Below the pieces are notes generated by a model. It did not search any database, was not told the origin of the DNA, and saw only the letters and a program-made list of their open reading frames with translations. 64,000 nucleotides of DNA. It comes from Paraspadella gotoi. Taxonomy: Eukaryota; Animalia; Chaetognatha. The position numbers were made by a program, and so were the translations under genes. The stretch spans positions 25,869,293-25,933,292 of the forward strand of contig CM119267.1 in the NCBI GenBank assembly GCA_051294375.1, written 5' to 3'. Positions 11,299-23,700 of the stretch are shown here, piece after piece. How positions within the stretch are numbered: position 1 is the stretch's first letter; each line of letters starts with the position of its first letter.

Positions 11299-14200
11299 AT
11301 GGTCCGCCACAACATTTGCATGGTTTCCGATTTCTTTTACCCCAACGTTGGCGGAGTTGAGAGTCACATTTACCAACTGTCGCAGTGTCTCATCGAGCGC
11401 GGGCACAAGGTCGTCGTCGTCACCCACTTTTACGGAGACCGCAAGGGCGTTCGATACATGACGTCGGGACTCAAGGTTTACTACCTGCCCCTCCCGCCCT
11501 TTTACAATCAGGCCGTGCTGCCGACCCTGTTCAGCTCTACTGCCCTGGTGAGAGATGTTCTCATTCGGGAGCGGATCACCATCGTCCACGGGCACTCGTC
11601 CTTCTCAACGCTCGCCCACGAGGCCATGTTTCACGCTAGATTGCTCGGCCTCTCCACTGTTTTCACGGATCACTCTCTCTTCGGTTTCGCCGACGGATCC
11701 TCGATTCTCACCAATTTGATTCTCAGGTTGGGATTAAAATCTTATGGGATGAGAAAGGGGATATTGAGGAAATTAGGGAAGGTTTAAAAATAAAAAGAAA
11801 TTTGGAGAAAAGGAATCGGGTTATTATTTACATATGTATGTACTTACAATTTTTAAAATCCCCGTCTGATTACATGGTGACAATTTTACAAGCGCCGGTA
11901 GAAATATGCTGTCATTTTCAAACCAGTGGTTATTTCATTGATTTTAAAATTTAGTTGAGTAGAAAATACTAAAACTATTTATGTGTTAAAATTTTATATT
12001 GATCAGTTAAGATATGCCTTGACAATGAGTGGAGAAAGTTGGCTTGTCAAATCGGGTTTCATTTTCCAACTCACTAAATTCAAATTTTTTTTGGAACTTT
12101 AAAAAAAAAAAATAAATAAATAAATAAAAAAATAAATAAATAAATAAATTTAAATTCATTTTTTTTTAACTTTTAGCACTTTTTTAAACAAAGTATTTAT
12201 TAAAATATTAACAATATTAATATCCTCAGAAAGCCTTTAAAAATATGAAGAGATTGATATACTTACAAAAGCTCTAACATAAAAAGTAAGCTGCCCAGCC
12301 TTGGTTCAATTAAGAGTGTCAAAAATGAATTATTTACAATTTTAAATCTTTTTTCAAAAATATATGACCTGTTTAAAATTATTATAACAAAAATATTATT
12401 ATTTATATAAGTATCATGAAAGAGCCTGAGAAAAAAAGATTTAAGATAGCCAATCACATTTGATAAAAATTATAAATTTACTCTCCAGCTATTGATTTTA
12501 AAAAGATGTCTCGTTTTTGAATATCCTAATTAATTAAAGCTGATCCAGTTAAATTTTATACTACAGTATTTGTAAGTATATATTCTCTTCATATTTTTAA
12601 AGGCTTTCTGAGGATATTAATATTGTTAATATTTTAATAAATACTTTGTTTAAAAAAGTGTTAAAAGTTCCCAAAAAATTGAATTTAAAAACAGTGAGTT
12701 GGAAAATGAAAGCCGATTTGACAAGCCAACTTTCTCCACTCATTGTCAAGGCATATCTTAACTGATCAATATAAAATTTTAACACATAAATAGTTTTAGT
12801 ATTTTCTACTCAACTAAATTTTAAAATCAATGAAATAACCACTGGTTTGCAAATGACAGCGTATTTTCTACCGGCGCTTGTAAAATTGTCACCATGTAAA
12901 TAAAGATTCTCTTAAACAATTTAGTTCAAATGTTTCAACTTTCCTTTAATCTTATCTCTATTTTTCTTCCAGATGCTCCTTGTCAACCTGCGATCACGTC
13001 ATTTGCGTCTCGCACACAAGCAAAGAGAACACGTGCCTCCGCGCTTCGCTCAAACCCGAAAAAGTCTCAGTAATTCCAAACGCAATCGACGCGACGTCGT
13101 TCACTCCCAAGCGGCCCCAGACGCGGCCCCGCGGTGACGCTTTCGGACGTGTTACCGTCGTCGTCGTCTCTAGACTTGTTTACCGCAAGGGGACGGATCT
13201 CTTGGCCGGCGTCATCCCCCTCATCTGCGACAAGTTCGCCGACGTGGACTTCTTGATCGGCGGCGACGGCCCCAAGCGTCTCGTCATCGAAGAGATTCGC
13301 GAGAAGCGCGGCCTCATGGACCGAGTCACGCTGCTCGGAGCCGTGGACCACGCCAAGGTGCCCGATGTTTTACGGAAGGGTCATATCTTCTTGAACACCT
13401 CGTTGACGGAAGCCTTTTGTATCGCCATCTGCGAGGCCGTCTCTTGCGGGTTGCACGTAGTCTCGACCAAAGTCGGCGGAATTCCGGAAGTCTTACCCGG
13501 GGAGCTGATAACTTTGGCGCAGGTAATCAAGTTGAGAGCTTTTAAGTTTTTCATGATTTCATCGAATTTCGTCCTTTTTGGTTTTTTAGTCGGTTTGTCG
13601 GTTCACTTTGAGCTGGATATGAAGTTTCGATGGAATTGTCCGAGTGGAAATGAGTTTAAATAGAAAAAGAAAAAAAATATATTTCACTATTTGAACACCA
13701 ATTGCTCAGGAGTGGATGGGGCGATTGACCTGAAATTTTGTATGTGGGGAGGAAAGTGTGTGATTAAGCTGGAAATCAAGTTTCGATGGAATCATTTGAA
13801 TGAAATGAGTTTAAATAGAAAAAACAAAAAACCTGTTTCACTTATTGATTATGTTACTTTTTATTTTATATTAAATGTAAATGCAAGATGTATAAATTAA
13901 TCAAATAATTAATCAGTTAATTAATCAATTAGTCAATTAATAATCAATAATTAATCAATCAGTCAATCAATCAAGTCAATCGTTATCGGCATTATTCTCA
14001 TCGTCATTGCTTTTGACGTGGTTATTGACCAAAAGACCTAAAAACAAACATTTGGGATAAAATTAATTAATTGCCTAATTAATTAATTAACTTGAATTAT
14101 TTAATTATTAATTAATTAATTTCCGATAATGATCGTGGGCAGATCCGACATTGTTTGCTCAAACTTGTTTCAGCCATCGGTGAGTTCGTTGGTGGGATCT

Positions 14201-14689
14201 TTGGAAAAGGCTATCTCCATGTACAGAAAAGACGAGTTCGTGGACCCAGAAATGGCGCACCGGATGATCCGAAGGATGTACACTTGGCAGGATATCGCGC
14301 GACGGACTGAAATCGTTTACAACGAAAGAACGCGAAGCGGCAGGGACAGAGCTGTCGAAACGACGACGTCGTTGACGACGACGACTTCCGATTTGATTTC
14401 GTCAGAAAAGAAAATAGGAGGCGCTGATGACGGCGACGTATTTCCTTCCGAATCACGATTGAGACATCGGACCCTGACGAGACCCTCGCTGAGTGAAGTT
14501 GATGACAAGAGACAAGAGCAGCTGACTCAACATCAACTCCTCCTCGAAAACATAAGGACTTATTACGCCTGCGGTCCCTTTGTCGGGAAATTACTAGTTT
14601 TCGCTCTTCTAGTCGATTATCTCATTTTCGGTCTTTTGGATTTCTTTTCTCCCGTCGAAAATATCGACTTCGCCCCGGATTTGATTTGA
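11299..14689 (+). CDS. PIGA: Phosphatidylinositol N-acetylglucosaminyltransferase subunit A
   Basis: Exons 11299-11726, 12973-13522, 14174-14689 splice in phase. Motifs [79 protein letters not shown], and a C-terminal TM segment. Confidence 0.97.
11873..12896. mobile_element. Foldback/MITE with long inverted arms and TA flanks (Tc1/mariner-like ends) in PIGA intron 1
   Basis: TA|catggtgacaattttacaagcgccggtag... is mirrored by ...ctaccggcgcttgtaaaattgtcaccatg|TA. Arms of about 330-390 bp (11873-12263 vs 12572-12896). Confidence 0.85.
13600..14170 (+). mobile_element. Helentron/DINE-1-like repeat, 3' part, abutting the PIGA exon 3 acceptor
   Basis: Ends gcagatccgacattgtttgctcaaacttgttt, the same 3' terminus as the copies ending near 45256 and 49966. 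Confidence 0.7.
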
Positions 14690-14776
14690 GATTTAATTAT
14701 ATTCCCTCCGTATTTTATTCCAGATGATATTTTCGTTTCGTTTTAAGGTCATTGATTGATTGATTGACCGCGGATA

Positions 14777-17700
14777 ATGGGCGTGTCGGGGTTGATGATG
14801 TACTGCAAGGAGCGACGAGACGAGGTCACTGACCGCGTCGACCTTCTTCACGTCGTTCGCCAACTTCGTCACGGATCTCCCATCGAGATTCTCGTCGACT
14901 TTTACGCCTTCGAGTCCTTCATCCTCCCGGCTTTTCTTAAGCAGGTCGTCGTCACATTTAATCTTTTAATCTTTTAATAATTTTCAAAACTTGAATTTAA
15001 ACTGTAATGTTTACGACTTTAATGAGTGGGGTCCCGGTTGTGGGGCGGGGGTAATTAAGAGGATAAGAGGTTTTATATCAAGAGCCGGGTTGCCTGTGAT
15101 GCCCATTGGGATTGGCTTTGGGGTCTTCCGACCCTCAGTGACGCATCCAGTTACCCTAGGAAGGTCTCGCTTTGCCAACGCAGAGGGTAGTCGTTAGGAC
15201 TGTGGATGGAACACAACGCCTGGGATGGTGTGTTCCCCCTCTGAGCCAATGGTATTGGCTGAACGATGATGGACGTGGGGCGGTGTGAATATACCGCCAC
15301 AGTTTCTTTATTTTTTCATTTCTTCTGGAAATGCTTTTGAGAAGGTTATTTATTAAACTATTATTGGACTGAATATTTAAAACAGTGTTTATTTTCTTCT
15401 TACCGTTTACTATTATCGTTATTTTTCCTGCATCACGGATATATTTATTATACATACATATAGAAAAAATAGGTGTTTTTTCTCCTAATTTTTGTTAGCG
15501 GCTTTGTTGGCATACTTTGTAGTGTAAAGTAACTATGTTTTTAATCCTCATAAAACGACTTCTCGCAGGAGGTCGATATTTCCGGTAACGAGTTGGTTCG
15601 TCTTTTCGGTGGCGAATATTCTGCCTACGATTCTTTCGTCTTTAAGTTCCTCGTTTCTCTCATCGACGTCGGAATTCGGTTCGTTTTTTTTATCGATTCT
15701 TCCCGCGGATCATCCCCCGACATCCGAGCCCACAAGCTCGAGACCTGGAAGCAGAGATTCCACGAGACTTTGGACTTTTTCCAAGAAATCGGTGAAGTTT
15801 GTCGCGGGAAGCGAAAGATTCATCAGTTGCGCGACAAAGTCGTCCGCCCATGTTTGCTCACCGTTCAGACGCTCGAGTCTATTTTTAAAGCGGGTAAAGA
15901 GAGAAGTGTAAGAGATGATTATTTAATATGATCTTAAATGAGATTGAATTTCTCAATCACATATACATATATATTAAAGCGTAGCAAAAATATTAAAATC
16001 AAGTTGAATCAAAATTCGAATAATAGATAATGAACAAGCTTGTTCCTGTGAACATTTTGAAATAGATTTTTTTTTTCTATTTTCGCATACGCCAATATTT
16101 CTACATAGTATTCACCATAAAAAATGTTCAAATTTAAAAAAAAAAAATTATTTTTAAAAGCAGATTCGAATTCCTCATGAAATGTTGACACAAGGAAATA
16201 TAATTCTTTTTAGAAAATTATTTCATTAAGTGGGTCAAAATCCTAAAAAAACTGTTAATAGTTAACTTAAAATTTAATTTTAGTATAAGAAATATAGTTT
16301 TTTTTTTAATTTTTAGCTAACTTCATGAAAGATTTCTTTTAACAACTTTTTATGAGGAATTCGAATCTGCTTTTAGTACAAAACTGTTCATGATGAACTA
16401 TTCGAATTTTGATCTGCAATATTTACTACGCCTTAATAAATATATATATATATATTTATATATATATATATACATATATATTCATATATACAATATACAT
16501 AATAAGGAAAAGTTAAAATAATGTCAAGAATTTGACGGAGATTTATTTTCTGCTACGATTCGAGGTTGTGAAATAATTCCCTGTTTATACGCGGAGGCGG
16601 ATTCATTCATCGGCCACCAACTGCATCGTCGCCCTCAAGCCTTCGCCGTCTTTTCTCATGATTCCGACTTTATCGTGATGCGAGAATGTCGCCTCATCCC
16701 GATCGAATGGTTCGACGTCAACGGAGATTTCGCGTCCTTCCTAAACGGAAAGAAAAAGGTTTTCTTTCATACTTGTCCAGACGGGCGAATTAACGACTTG
16801 GGCGAGATGTTAATTTGTTTTTGCTTCTTTTAAGGCCAGGGATCACTCAATCTAAAATTATAAGAAATCTTAATTTACTATATCTTAATCATTTTCTCAT
16901 ATCTTGTAAGAGGTTTTCTATTGAAAAATAATCGAAAACTTTTAAAAATCTAAATAAAATGTTCATAAAAATTTAAACATAATTTTTTCTTTGGTAAAAT
17001 TAGATTTTCAAGAGAAAAATAATTTTTTATATGTAAGTTAATTTCTACAACTAAATTTTTAACTCAACCTGATTCTTTACAGTAAGCTCAATTTCTACTT
17101 CTTATATTTAATTCCTCCTTTGGTAAAAGTACATACTTGGAGTTGTATCACTAATAAGTCTAAAATAAACTACTACACATTTTCCAGACGGGTTTTTATA
17201 CTTTTATGAGTTTTTAGGAGTTAAAAAATTTATCGAATTTATTTCAATTTGACTTTTTACTTTATGTAGATGTTTGATGAGTTTAATGAGTACAGAATTT
17301 GACTTTCTTGACAAAGTGAAGTTAAAAACGAAGAGTTGCAGCTCAAACCGTTGGACTCTTCTTGAGAAAAAATATCTTGGGCAAGAAAAAAAAGGTGGGG
17401 GAGATTCTATGAGCGCGTTTTTGAAAAAATGTTTTTTGTTTCAAAGATATCAAGGAATTAATCCCAAAAATTGTTTAAAATAATCAAATTTTATATGAAG
17501 GAAGGCAAATTTTGAAAGTATCTTTTCATAGAATTGGAGTTCGTGACTTAAAGGTAATTCATGCCAAATTTAATGAGAAACCGCCTTACTGTTTGGGCTG
17601 CAACTCTTCAAATAGGTTTCTTTTATTTTATATAGTACAAAAAAAATTGAAAAAACTGACGCCTTTGAAAAAATAGTAAAGTTAATACATTTTCGGAATC

Positions 17701-20700
17701 GTCAGGAGCTCTCCTTTCGAAATCCAAGCTCAGTTTTAGCCTAATTATAATTTGAATTGAGTGATCCCGGACCTTAACCGTAGTCGTCGTCGACATCACG
17801 CTGTTTTAATATTGAAAATAGCTCAAGTGTGTAACCATAGGAAGCTGAAAATTTAGATATGCTTCTTATCATTGAGGTCTTTTAAATTATTGTTTCATAT
17901 TAATACACTCGTTTGTTTTATTTACAAAACAATTTTTATATATATAGAGTTCGGCTCTGCAGCGGCTGTACAAGAGTAAAGTTGTAAACTAGTAATTATG
18001 ATAATTAAATCATTAATTATTTAGCTATTAATTGAACCACACACAAACATGCTCATTAGAGTGATGTGAAAATGATAAAATTATAGAAAATTAAAATTTA
18101 GCATATAAAACATGAACATAAAAACCAATAAAATATTGTGGTAAATTTATTTTTTAATTTTATACATTAGTGGGCACCAGTGAGCTATATTTATATATAG
18201 TAATAAGTATATAATAGGCTAAAATTTCAAAATACAAATTTTTAAATTTTAAGATCGAATTTGGATCCTTGCAAAAAGTTTATTATAAAAATTCTTTCAT
18301 TAAGTTAGTCAAAAATGTAAAAAACTATATTTAAGACGCCGATTTTAAATTTCCAGCTTAAAAATATAGTTTTTTGTAATTTTAACCTACTTAATGACAT
18401 AATTTTTGAAAAAGATTTATACTTTCTTTTATTAACTTTTAACGAGGAATCTGAATCTGTTCTCAGAATTAAAAAAAAACTATTTTGAAAATTTGACTTT
18501 ATTTGACTTTATATACTGGGCTACTATATTTATAAAAAAAGAAAAATAATTACAGATTAGTATTCACTAATATGATAGTTTTCAAGATATAACTGCTAAA
18601 TTTTGATTCCAAACTTTCACTTCACCCTAATGCTCATATACCTATGTAAAATATTAATATCAAAGCTTAATCAGAATACGATAATATGCAAATGAGATTA
18701 AGGAACTCAATATCATTTGAGATAATCTACAAACTAATCTGCTACAGCGGCAGTTTAGTTTCTTTTTATCGTCGCAATCGCTGAGCGTTTGCGACGATAT
18801 TGTAACGCTTTTGTGCATAAGTGGCGTCGTCGTCGGCGTTGTCGGTGTTCCAAATTATAGACCNNNNNNNNNNCCCGGACCTTAACCGTAGTCGTCGTCG
18901 ACATCACGCTGTTTTAATATTGAAAATAGCTCAAGTGTGTAACCATAGGAAGCTGAAAATTTAGATATGGCTTCTTATCATTGAGGTCTTTTAAATTATT
19001 GTTTCATATTAATACACTCGTTTGTTTTATTTACAAAACAATTTTTATATATATAGAGTTCGGCTCTGCAGCGGCTGTACAAGAGTAAAGTTGTAAACTA
19101 GTAATTATGATAATTAAATCATTAATTATTTAGCTATTAATTGAACCACACACAAACATGCTCATTAGAGTGATGTGAAAATGATAAAATTATAGAAAAT
19201 TAANNNNNNNNNNNNNNNNNNNNNNNNNCTACAGTGAGAGACAGAAGAGTAAAAGGCCTGGACACCTGCCTGGTACAACTCACTGACAGAACATGTTTAC
19301 GGTTTTTAAACGACTTCCAGGAATAAAAGAAGCAAATCTATAATGGATAAATGTTACAATTGTTTACAATGAGATTGTTATAATTTTTTCCAATCATAGC
19401 CTTCGCTAAATTTAATTTTATTATCTACATATAAATACTTAATATGAATATAGCTTCGTATATTAAAAAAGGTCTTTTGATTCACCAGTATTTTCTTATT
19501 GATTACAACATATTTTTATGAATTTTATCTTTTAATATTATTACTGCGAACCTATATCAATATAACATTTAAAGCTAAGGGAATAGAACAATTCATTGAT
19601 CCAGCAATGCTGATAGTAGCCATTTATGACGTTTCCAATTGATAATTTTATTCATTTGATGCGGTAATAATCATTCTTTCAAATAAGATTGATACGTCAT
19701 TCATGAACTGATGTGGGAGTAATCTTGCTATTCGTAAGTAAAACAAACAAATGCTTGTATGAGCTTGAGAGAGAGACAAGATGAAATAGAAAGATACGCA
19801 GATGATATGCAGCGCTGCATGAGCATTAACTTTTTTAGCATGTCAGAGAAGCCTCAAGCAACAGATGAATATAAATAAACGAAAAAAAATAAAAATTATA
19901 TTCGTAGCAACACATAAAGACAAAAATCTGGATTGAACGACAAATTTTGATACTAAATCTCAAATTTTGAAAAAAGAAAATAATTCATAAACAGAACTAA
20001 AAAAAAGATTAAATAAATTATTAATAAACAATTTGTAACAATAACTTATTTTCGAGTCTTAATTTGTTTTAGCAAGTGCTAAGTCAGGAAAGACATTACT
20101 TGAAAGCGGTAGCTGTTTGCTTTACTTTTAGCCCTCGTATCCAGGCAAGCCAGTTTGCATCGATATGCCGACCTCTGTCGTAAAACCGACTGTCAAACCA
20201 TTCCCAGGACCAAAGACAGAACGTATTCTTTGATTGCCGAAGTGATGTAAAGAACTAAAGTGAATAAAACTGTATGCCGATTTTAAAAAAAAAAAAATAT
20301 TCTAATTGCATAATTTAATATATAATAAAATTCCACGATAATCTCGGATGTAAATGGAATAAATGGCGAACTAAAAGTTGAGGGAGAGGAGAGAGGAGAG
20401 AGAAAAAGCCAAATCATTTCAGCAAGCAGAGGCTAAACAGAAAAGAAATCAAAAGGCAGCACAGAAGCCGAGCAGGAGAAAAGAGGAGAAAAAGACGAGA
20501 GCCCCTGCAGAGCTTAAAGAAGAGCAGCAGCCCAGAGAGGCAGCAAGGAGAAAAGAGAGGGGCTAAAAAGAGAAGTAGAGCCCTGGCGAGAGGCCAGCTG
20601 CCCCAAGACTACGCTTGTTGTTTTTCCCTAGATGATTATGAATCAGGCTGACTAGGCGGAAAGATGCAGGAGGGAGCAGAGACATGTAATTAAAAGCAGA

Positions 20701-23700
20701 AAAGAGAGAAAGATAATATGGAAAATAAAGACTGAGAAAATTTTTTTGTTGGGCTATGCATAAAACGTAAAACAAGAACATATTTAATAACTGTCCAGAC
20801 TCAATTTTAAGCACTTGGATGGATGAGAAGCCCACTGCTATATAAATTTTCAGCTTCATTACACCCAAATTTAATCATAAAAAAATGCCTGGGTCGTATT
20901 AATTCGTTGACACCTCGCGACAGACGCCGACGCACGACGCCCTTATGCACAAAAGCGGTTACCAATATCGTCGCAAAACGCTCAGCGATTGCGCACGATA
21001 AAAAGAAACTAAACTGCCGCGTAGCAAGATTAATTATGTTTGTTTAGATTATCTCAACATTGATATTGAGTTCCTTACATCTCATTTGCATGATTATCTT
21101 TGACTTCTGATTTAAAGCTTTGATATTCAATATTTTACAGGTAGGTATCCATGAGCATTCTAAGGTTCGAAGTGAAAGTTTTGGACATCTCAAAAGATTA
21201 GCAGTGTATATCTTGAGAGACACTAGTCATTAAGTTAGTGAATACGTGAATCTGCTAGATTATTTTGCTTTTTTATAAATATAGCTAGCCCCAGTCAGCT
21301 TGATTTTGTAGATATGAGTGACTTACCGCTCTTACTATAAATTCAGAATTCTTCAAAAGTAGTTTTTTTTTTAATGTCCTGAGAACAGATTCAGAGTTCG
21401 CTCGTTAAAAGTTAATAAAGAGCAAGCTATTAAATCTTTCTCCAAACATTATGTTCATTTAAGTAGGTTAAAATTACTAAAAAACTATATTTTTAAGCTG
21501 GAAATTAAATCGGCGTCCTTGAAATTATCAGTTTATTTTACAGCAATTTGTTGACTAAAGCTTAATTGAAAGAGCCATTATTAGTAAGTAACTTTTTTGC
21601 GAAGGAATCCAAATTGCGCATGCTTAAAATTCTTAAAAACTTTGTGCGGTATCTTTTGGAAAGTGTTTAGCCTATGTAGTAATACTTTAGTACTTATATA
21701 TACACATCATAGTCTCACTGCGTGCGCCACTAATGATATAAAATATATTACCACAACTATTCATATGGTATTTTACTGTTTCATGTTTATAATGCCTAAA
21801 GAATTTAATTTTACGTATAAGTTTTCATCGATTCCGTGTCACATCACTCTACAGTGAGCGCATGTTTGTGTTGTGCCTTCATATGTCAATAGCTACACAT
21901 AGATTTAATTATTTTTAAATCTCATTCATTAATGTTACGTAGGTTTACACAACTTTACTCTTTCGCTACGAGCCCGGCTGTAGAAGCCATGGAACTGCCT
22001 GATAGGTATATGAGAAAAATGTTTTGGTGAGAATAAAGAGCAAAGAGACGGAGCTCGCTATGTTAATTATGCAGAACAATGATTCTCTAAAACAAGACCT
22101 CACATCGCATTAAGAAGCCATTATCCTAAATTTCAGCTTCCGTATGGCTACGACAGGCTTGCAGGCGTATGCGTCACGATTAAACAGCGTGAGTGTCGGA
22201 CGACGACTAGCTGGCTTGAACGGTCCGGATCGACTCAATCAAAATCTGATGCAGATTTGAGGCGTGAAAGAACTGAGCTTGGCATCGAAAGGAGCAGCCT
22301 CTGACAGTATACCAGAATAGTATAGAAGATTTAACCTTACTAATTTTCAAAGGCGCTCAGTTTTTTTTCAGATTTTTTTTCCTGTTACTATATTAAAAAA
22401 CAGAAACCTCCTAATTTTTTGCCAAGATTTGCCAGGCCCCAACAGTAAGGCCGGTTTCTCATCTAAATTTGGCTATGACCTGACATTTAACCTTAAGTCA
22501 CGCAACTCCAGCACTTCACTAGTGAAAAGATACTTTCTCAAACATTTGCCCTCCTTCACTTATAAAATTTTTGATTAATTTCTTAAACAATTTTGCGGAA
22601 TTTAATTCCTCTATATCTTTGCCAAACAGAAAAACCATTTTTTTCAAAAGAACGCGCTCATAGAATCTCCACCCACCTTTTTCCTTTCTTGCCGCAAGAC
22701 TTATTTTTTTCTTCAAAGAAACGAGTCCGCAACGCGTTTGAGCCTGCATCACTTCTTCGGTTGTTGTTAACTTCACTTGTCCAGAAAGTTGCAATTCGCT
22801 TGTACTCCATTAAACTCAGTCAAAAACATTCTACATTTTTAAAGTTAAACAACGTCAAATTGAAAGAAATGTCGGATGAAAGTTTTTTAAGCTCCGCTAG
22901 AAACTCACATTAGAAAGCCCTTATTTAAAAAACCCGCCTGCGCGAAAGATGGATTTTGCTTAGTAGTTTATTATAGACGTATGATGTTAGGCTAATACAA
23001 CCTCACGAGTATGCTACGTTGCTTACCAGAAGGGAGGAATTAAATATAAGAAGGTAGAAATTGACTGGCTTACTGTAGAGAGAATCAGGTTTGAGTTAAG
23101 AAAGATTGTTAGTGTGTCTGTGAAATTATAAGCTTTACACCTATAAGGAAATTGTGATTTTCTCTGCTTGAAAATCGTAATCGTGTGTACAGCAAGAAAA
23201 CCAGATTAATGTTTAAATTTTTCATGAAGCATTTTAGTTTAGATTTTTTAAAAGTCGATTATTTTTCAGATAGAGACGACCGTGCGCTTACAAGATGATG
23301 CAGGAAATAATTAAAGGGATATTAGTAACAATTAAGATTTCTATAATTTTAGAATTGCAGTATCCCTGGCCTTAAAATGAAGCGAGAAAGCAGACAATGA
23401 TTAACGCATCTCGCGCCCAAGTCGTTAATTCGCCCGTCTGGACACCGTTATGAAAAACCATACTTTTCTTCCGTTATGGTAAGGACGCGACAACTCCGTT
23501 GACGCTTCGAACCAATTTCGAGTTCGGAAGTGAGCGACATTCTCGCATCACGATAAAGTACGGAATCAGAAGAAAAGACGGCAGGCGTGAGGCTGAGTCT
23601 TCTCTCGTTTTTCGGCTTGTGCTCTCTCTGTACGATCTTTTGCGTGATCGTTCGTTTTTTAAAAAAATTATTATTTTCCTTCTAAAAACTTTTTTTATCG

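Noticed and set aside
18874-19203. Direct repeat of about 17766-18093
   Set aside because: Nearly identical and bounded by N runs on both sides; a scaffolding overlap.
20378-20720. Lys/Glu/Arg-rich ORF
   Set aside because: GA-rich low-complexity sequence in a noisy gap-filled region.
20892-23593. Antisense copy of PIN-gene exon 3 forming a 2-kb hairpin (possible regulatory dsRNA)
   Set aside because: Insertion-dominated noise (about 20% longer) and nearby N gaps indicate raw long-read gap filling.
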